NCBI GenBank assembly: GCA_028023455.1
Contig: JAQFVV010000010.1
Coordinates: 1,984,001 to 2,048,000, forward strand
DNA: 64,000 nt
Source of the DNA: Epiperipatus broadwayi
Taxonomy: Eukaryota > Animalia > Onychophora
Direction of reading: 5' to 3'
The notes below the pieces were generated by a model, which worked only from the letters and a program-made list of their open reading frames with translations, made no database searches and was not told the DNA's origin. A program made the translations under genes and the position numbers. This document shows positions 62,358-64,000 of the stretch, in pieces. Within the stretch, counting starts at the first letter, position 1, and every line of letters begins with the position of its first letter.

Positions 62358-64000
62358 TGTATTTTTCAACTTTGTGCCAAAGCAATCCAGTTATAAGTGC
62401 TGCAATTTACTTCATCTCTAATAGTCTTCACAACATTGTTGAAATATTTGTTGTAATTATATACAAATATATATTATGTATACATAAACATTTTATTGTA
62501 TGTGCATAAGTTTACAATTAATTTTTCTAAGGTTTTTATTATTGCCATAGTCTTTTTATTATTGTTGTTATAAGTATTGTTTAAAAAAAGAAATCTTTTA
62601 TAAGGGTGAATGATAAATATAAAAGTATTGCAGATATTTTAAACTGCTTTAAGTATTTCTTTCTTTGCTTGAGCACTTAATTTTGCTCAGTAATAAGAGT
62701 GACTGTCAAAGAATTAAAAAATGAATTAATCTGAGTCTGGTTAACTCAATGGAACTGCTGTGATTTTCCTGTCACTTAGGTGATTTGAAAAATTATCTTT
62801 ATTAATCTTTTAAATCATTTAGCCATTTTTTGATGAAATATGCCTAAAAGTCTTCACTAAACTTTCAATTATTTCTAAATATGTGTGTGCGTCTTTGAAA
62901 TCTTGATAATATATTATCATATTGTGAGAATGTCAAATATCAGATATGAAAAAAATTCACAAAGAAGAGAAAAATAAGTTGACTGATATAATATTAAAGA
63001 ATAACGAAAAATGTGAAAAGTACAGGAAATACAGCATATATCTGTATGAGACAGTATTAGACATGGCTGAGTTCTCTGTCAGGGAAACTTAAAATATATA
63101 TTGACGGAGTGGAGGACACTGAAATTTGAAAAAACACACTTCTACATTTGATGCTTAAATTTAATATTTGATATATATCAGATGAAAGTTATTTCATGAT
63201 ATAACAACAATGAACAATGGGAATAATCATTTTAATATAAAATTAATTTGATTGTATAATTATTGAAAAAGAATATTTTTACACAATTATCACCCTCCTC
63301 TAATATTTAATTTGATTTAATTGGATATGATCCTAATATGAATAGAATCTGTGAAATTGAAAGATAAAATATTTTTAAAAAAAATTGTTAGAAGCTTCTT
63401 TTTTTTTGTTAAAAAAAATATCCAAATGGTTTTAAAAAAATATTCAAATGGTTTCTTTGATCTTTTTTTTTTTTTGTTAAAAAATATATATATTCAAGTC
63501 CTTTCTTTGATCAATGATTATTTTTTTTATAAAATATTTTTTTTGTATGTATTATTTTATTTATATAATGTATATACATAACAAATTCGGTATATTTTAT
63601 TATATCTAAATAATGAGATATATGTATATTTAAACTGTATTTTATATTATTATTAGATAAACATTTTCTTAAAATATTTCATGTAAAAATTTAACTTAAC
63701 CAAAATCTCTCTTGAAATTTGCAAGACATGTTTCTATTTTTAAAATCTTATCAAATATGGTATTATTTATGACTATTTTTGCTCTCAAAATAAAAATTTA
63801 TATTATTGAAAATATCTAATTGGAAATAGAGAATTTTCTCGACTTCTTGTTTCACTTAGCTTGGTGGAAATGTAAACTGATAACTAGATATTTATAAAAG
63901 ACTTCTTGTTAATTACATCATCACAATGTAAAGATTCAAATAGTTTATATTCAGTAAAAATGATATCAAATTAAATAATTTTTATTATACATGCAATTAT

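Noticed and set aside
1-64000. Prokaryotic systems (operons, CRISPR-Cas, rRNA) and most 60-130 aa track ORFs
   Set aside because: The sequence is intron-rich eukaryotic DNA; the short ORFs lack motifs and are expected by chance or belong to TE remnants

Overview
AT-rich eukaryotic (probably invertebrate; species not determinable) genomic DNA. The window is almost entirely intronic. Five exons (3024-3078, 21269-21429, 38980-39101, 47664-47825, 62218-62357, + strand) splice in frame with canonical GT-AG sites into the 3' part of a leucine-rich-repeat protein ending in a BC-box/Cul2-box-like motif and a CxxC...RVPL...C tail (LRRC58/LRRC69/LRR1-like architecture). The 5' exons lie upstream of the window. 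The 8-18 kb introns are packed with decayed transposons: nested non-autonomous Gypsy-type LTR elements, an LTR element with a gag+coiled-coil ORF, Penelope-like elements (PLEs), RTE and L1/Tx1 LINE fragments, hAT and mariner remnants, and two retroposed tRNA-Gly derivatives. The most distinctive pattern is a recurring head-to-head inverted-dimer insertion geometry: 12-20 bp direct repeats flank two outward-facing 3' ends of unequal length. It occurs in PLEs and in a ~430 bp hammerhead-ribozyme-bearing, retrozyme-like family. All translations and alignments were done by eye, no database search was run, and TE boundaries are approximate unless a TSD/TIR is quoted.
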